DNA of 64,000 nucleotides from Candidatus Bathyarchaeota archaeon (GTDB lineage Archaea; Thermoproteota; Bathyarchaeia; Bathyarchaeales; Bathycorpusculaceae): NCBI GenBank assembly GCA_963833575.1, contig CAWHXY010000006.1, positions 96,001 to 160,000 of the forward strand, read 5' to 3'. Shown piece by piece: positions 61,416 to 64,000 of this stretch (position 1 is its first letter; each line of letters starts with the position of its first letter). The notes under the pieces were generated by a model. It saw only the letters and a program-made list of their open reading frames with translations, ran no database searches and was not told where the DNA came from. The position numbers and the translations under genes were made by a program.

Positions 61416-63001
61416 CTGGCTGGAAATTGAATTGTGAATTTTGTGCCTTTGCCTTCTTGGCTTTCAAAACTGATGGTGCCGCCATGCGCCTCCATTACAC
61501 GTTTGCACACGGCTAAGCCAAAGCCTTGACCTCTTGGCTTTGTAGTAAATAAGGGGGTGAAGATTTGGGCTTTAATCCTTTCGGGTATCCCGATTCCTGT
61601 GTCCTCCACAGTTACCGATACCTGTCCCTCAGAATTAACTTGCGATTTTAGGGTTAAATTACCGCCATTGGGCATTGCTTGCAATGCATTCGTTACAAGG
61701 TTGATTAGTACTCGCTTCAAAAGTTGAACATCAGCTTTTATTTGAGGAAAATCATCTGCAAACTCTTCTAGCAGGTTAATATTTGGTGGAATAACAATGG
61801 AAGAGAAGACGAAGTCAACGAGTTCTTTTAGTTTAATTGGTTTTTTATCTACTTTTATGGGACGAACAAACGCTTGTAGATCAGAAACAATCTTATCCAT
61901 GTAGATTGCTTGTTCGTCTATTGCCTGCAGACTCTCTTGCAGGTTGGTTTTGACTTCATCTTCGGAAAGTGATTCGACCTCTTTTTTTGCCAAGTACAAT
62001 TCGCCTGTTATTGTTTGAAGCGGATTGCGGAGGTCATGACCCACCATACCTGCGGTTTGACCAATAGCTGCTAATCGCTCCGAGTCTTTAAGCTGCTTAG
62101 TTCTTTCCTCAATAATATTTTGCAACATTCCTGCTTGCTGTTCAAGATTTTTTTGAAGTGCTTTCTGATCAGAGATGTCTCGCACAATGGACCATATTCC
62201 CACCACTTTTCCTTTGCCATTAGTTAGCCGCCAAGTTCGAACGGAAGCAGGAAAAATTGAGTTATCTTTGCGTTTGTATTCTCTTTCAAAAAGGATAGAG
62301 TGCCCCGTCTTTAGCACTTTTTTAACGACTTTTTCTCTTTGTTCGAACCATTTCTCTGGAAGTAATTGCTGAACAGTCATATCTCTGAGTTCTCTTTTTG
62401 AGTAACCGAGCATTTTGGCGTAAGCTCTGTTGCAGTTAATCATGCGTCCGTGGAGATCTCGAGCCATGATTCCATCTTGAGTTGTTTCATATAGTCTGCG
62501 GTATTTTTTTTCTGAAATAACAAGTTCCTGTGCCCATCTTTCTCGATCCTCAAGATCCTTTGCATTTTTCTTTTTTTGCTCAGTTATATCTGTAAATACT
62601 GAAAGAATAAAGTCCTTTTTTGGGGTATAAGCGTAAACTTGATACCACTTTTTCTGAGACTTCCCGTAAGTTTCATAATATTGTGGAACACCAGTTTTGG
62701 CTATTCTACGATAAATATTTGCCCAGTTTATTTCTTTTTTAAATTTTGGAATGACGCGAATAGCTTTTTTTCCGATACGTAGTCTGCTAAATAAGTGCAA
62801 ATCTTTGTAAGCCCTGTTGCTTCCAAGAAGAACCAAATCAGGCTCTGATTTTTGGTTAAGCATCATACGAAACAAAGCAACACCCTGAGGCAGATTCTCA
62901 AGCAAATTTTGGAATTGTTGACCGCTTATCCCCAACTCTTCAAAAGAATCCCTAAGAACATCGCCATTGTCTATTTGAGAGCGTGGTTGAAAAGAATTCA
63001 T
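61412..63001 (-). CDS. PAS-domain sensor histidine kinase
   Basis: PAS/PAC repeats; HDLRNPL H-box; NLVTNA, DTG.GI, F.PLFTTK..GQGFGL. Confidence 0.95.
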   Translation of the reverse strand: MNSFQPRSQIDNGDVLRDSFEELGISGQQFQNLLENLPQGVALFRMMLNQKSEPDLVLLGSNRAYKDLHLFSRLRIGKKAIRVIPKFKKEINWANIYRRIAKTGVPQYYETYGKSQKKWYQVYAYTPKKDFILSVFTDITEQKKKNAKDLEDRERWAQELVISEKKYRRLYETTQDGIMARDLHGRMINCNRAYAKMLGYSKRELRDMTVQQLLPEKWFEQREKVVKKVLKTGHSILFEREYKRKDNSIFPASVRTWRLTNGKGKVVGIWSIVRDISDQKALQKNLEQQAGMLQNIIEERTKQLKDSERLAAIGQTAGMVGHDLRNPLQTITGELYLAKKEVESLSEDEVKTNLQESLQAIDEQAIYMDKIVSDLQAFVRPIKVDKKPIKLKELVDFVFSSIVIPPNINLLEEFADDFPQIKADVQLLKRVLINLVTNALQAMPNGGNLTLKSQVNSEGQVSVTVEDTGIGIPERIKAQIFTPLFTTKPRGQGFGLAVCKRVMEAHGGTISFESQEGKGTKFTIQFPAS

Positions 63002-63182
63002 TAATGGAGGAGCCTGTCTTTTCGACTTTGTCTGAGGAACATCGATAGAATTTACTATCTTGTTACTCCCCCACTATATTGAATTTAGTGAGTTAAGAGC
63101 ATAAAAAACTTTCCAATATCGCATGGGTTAATAAATAATCTAGATTTTATTGGAAGAAGCTGAAAGTTTTAGGTTCCGATTC

Positions 63183-64000
63183 TTAAGATCTCAAGTAAAC
63201 AGAGTAATTGAAGATTTTGCAGTTAGGACCTAACGAGTAGTTTAATCCTGCCCATGAAAAACGGCGTTTTGTATTTTCCCAGCCCCTAAATAGTGCTGCT
63301 CCTCTGTTTTTTTGAATACAAAATGACACTTGCCTCTTACTGCTAAGCATGCGAGCTTGATTAGCAATTACTTCATCCCATCCGCCTATTTTGTTACCAA
63401 CCAGTTTCAAGTTATAAGAATCCACATATGTATCAAAGATGGTTGAGCCTTGCTCATTCAAAACCAAAATCTCTTCACAACCGTCTAATGACAAATCAGA
63501 AAAATCAGCTTTGATGTTTATTGTTGAAGTTTGAATTTCATAATTGACATTTATTGTGCCCCTTGGGTTAACTTTCTGGAAATCTGTTTTTATTTTTGCC
63601 AAGTTTCGCAGTTCCATAATGTTATTAAAAACTGAGGAGAAATTTTTATGACGCAAATATAATTTTTCGAAATTTTTTCGCGCCATTGAGTAAACGCCGT
63701 CATCTAAGTATGTCGAACGCCAAAATTTTTTCCTTGAAATCGCATCCAAAACAAAAGTTTTCTTAATACTAAAAACTGAATGGTTTTTTTGAATTGACAC
63801 ATCCGCCGAGCTGGAAAAGTATGTTTTGTCATTATATTTAATGACGGGAACTCCAAAACCCATCCCTTCTTCTATCACTTCTTTGTTATCGAGCAATAAT
63901 ACAAGACCCTTATGGAGCGGAGCTGTTTCCATGCAGCGAGGGCGAGAGTCCAAGTATAACCTTACTGATAGCCTGTTGGTTAGGCTTATGGTAACAGGTT
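63183..64000 (-). CDS. Hypothetical protein (5' end beyond the window)
   Basis: Frame stays open to the window edge. Confidence 0.6.
   Translation of the reverse strand, partial: PVTISLTNRLSVRLYLDSRPRCMETAPLHKGLVLLLDNKEVIEEGMGFGVPVIKYNDKTYFSSSADVSIQKNHSVFSIKKTFVLDAISRKKFWRSTYLDDGVYSMARKNFEKLYLRHKNFSSVFNNIMELRNLAKIKTDFQKVNPRGTINVNYEIQTSTINIKADFSDLSLDGCEEILVLNEQGSTIFDTYVDSYNLKLVGNKIGGWDEVIANQARMLSSKRQVSFCIQKNRGAALFRGWENTKRRFSWAGLNYSLGPNCKIFNYSVYLRS

Overview
Archaeal chromosomal window. Nop5/fibrillarin, archaeal L12, intron-containing tRNA and Kelch/Ig surface proteins point to a TACK archaeon, most like Bathyarchaeia (inference). Most of it is housekeeping and accessory genes: galT, glycogen debranching enzyme, tpiA, rnhB, pyrB, mdh, ino1, pgi/pmi, ppa, ABC transporters, two VapBC pairs and a PAS histidine kinase. 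Three mobile regions stand out. (1) A 4318-bp element (33638-37961) splits a DUF763 gene at a 6-bp AAAGCT repeat. (2) A sister 4574-bp element (49892-54481) sits in the putative BRE/TATA promoter of tRNA-Ala(GGC), bounded by a 16-bp repeat. Both carry an IS91/SNJ1-like HUH rolling-circle Rep, small Cys-rich proteins, an RHH-like protein and an invariant 70-aa two-helix hydrophobic protein (candidate capsid), but they have highly divergent tyrosine-integrase bodies and different att sites. They look like a family of minimal integrative viruses, satellites or plasmids. (3) A 5-kb island bounded by tRNA-Ala 3' repeats carries a Rad50/SMC-like ATPase + Panacea(DUF4065)-like + diadenylate-cyclase(DisA_N)-like operon, a candidate undescribed defence system. 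Also notable: a tRNA-Trp with two introns and a 6-nt middle exon, and an HTH-ATP-cone-NrdD pseudoenzyme. All calls come from reading motifs by eye; no database searches were run.
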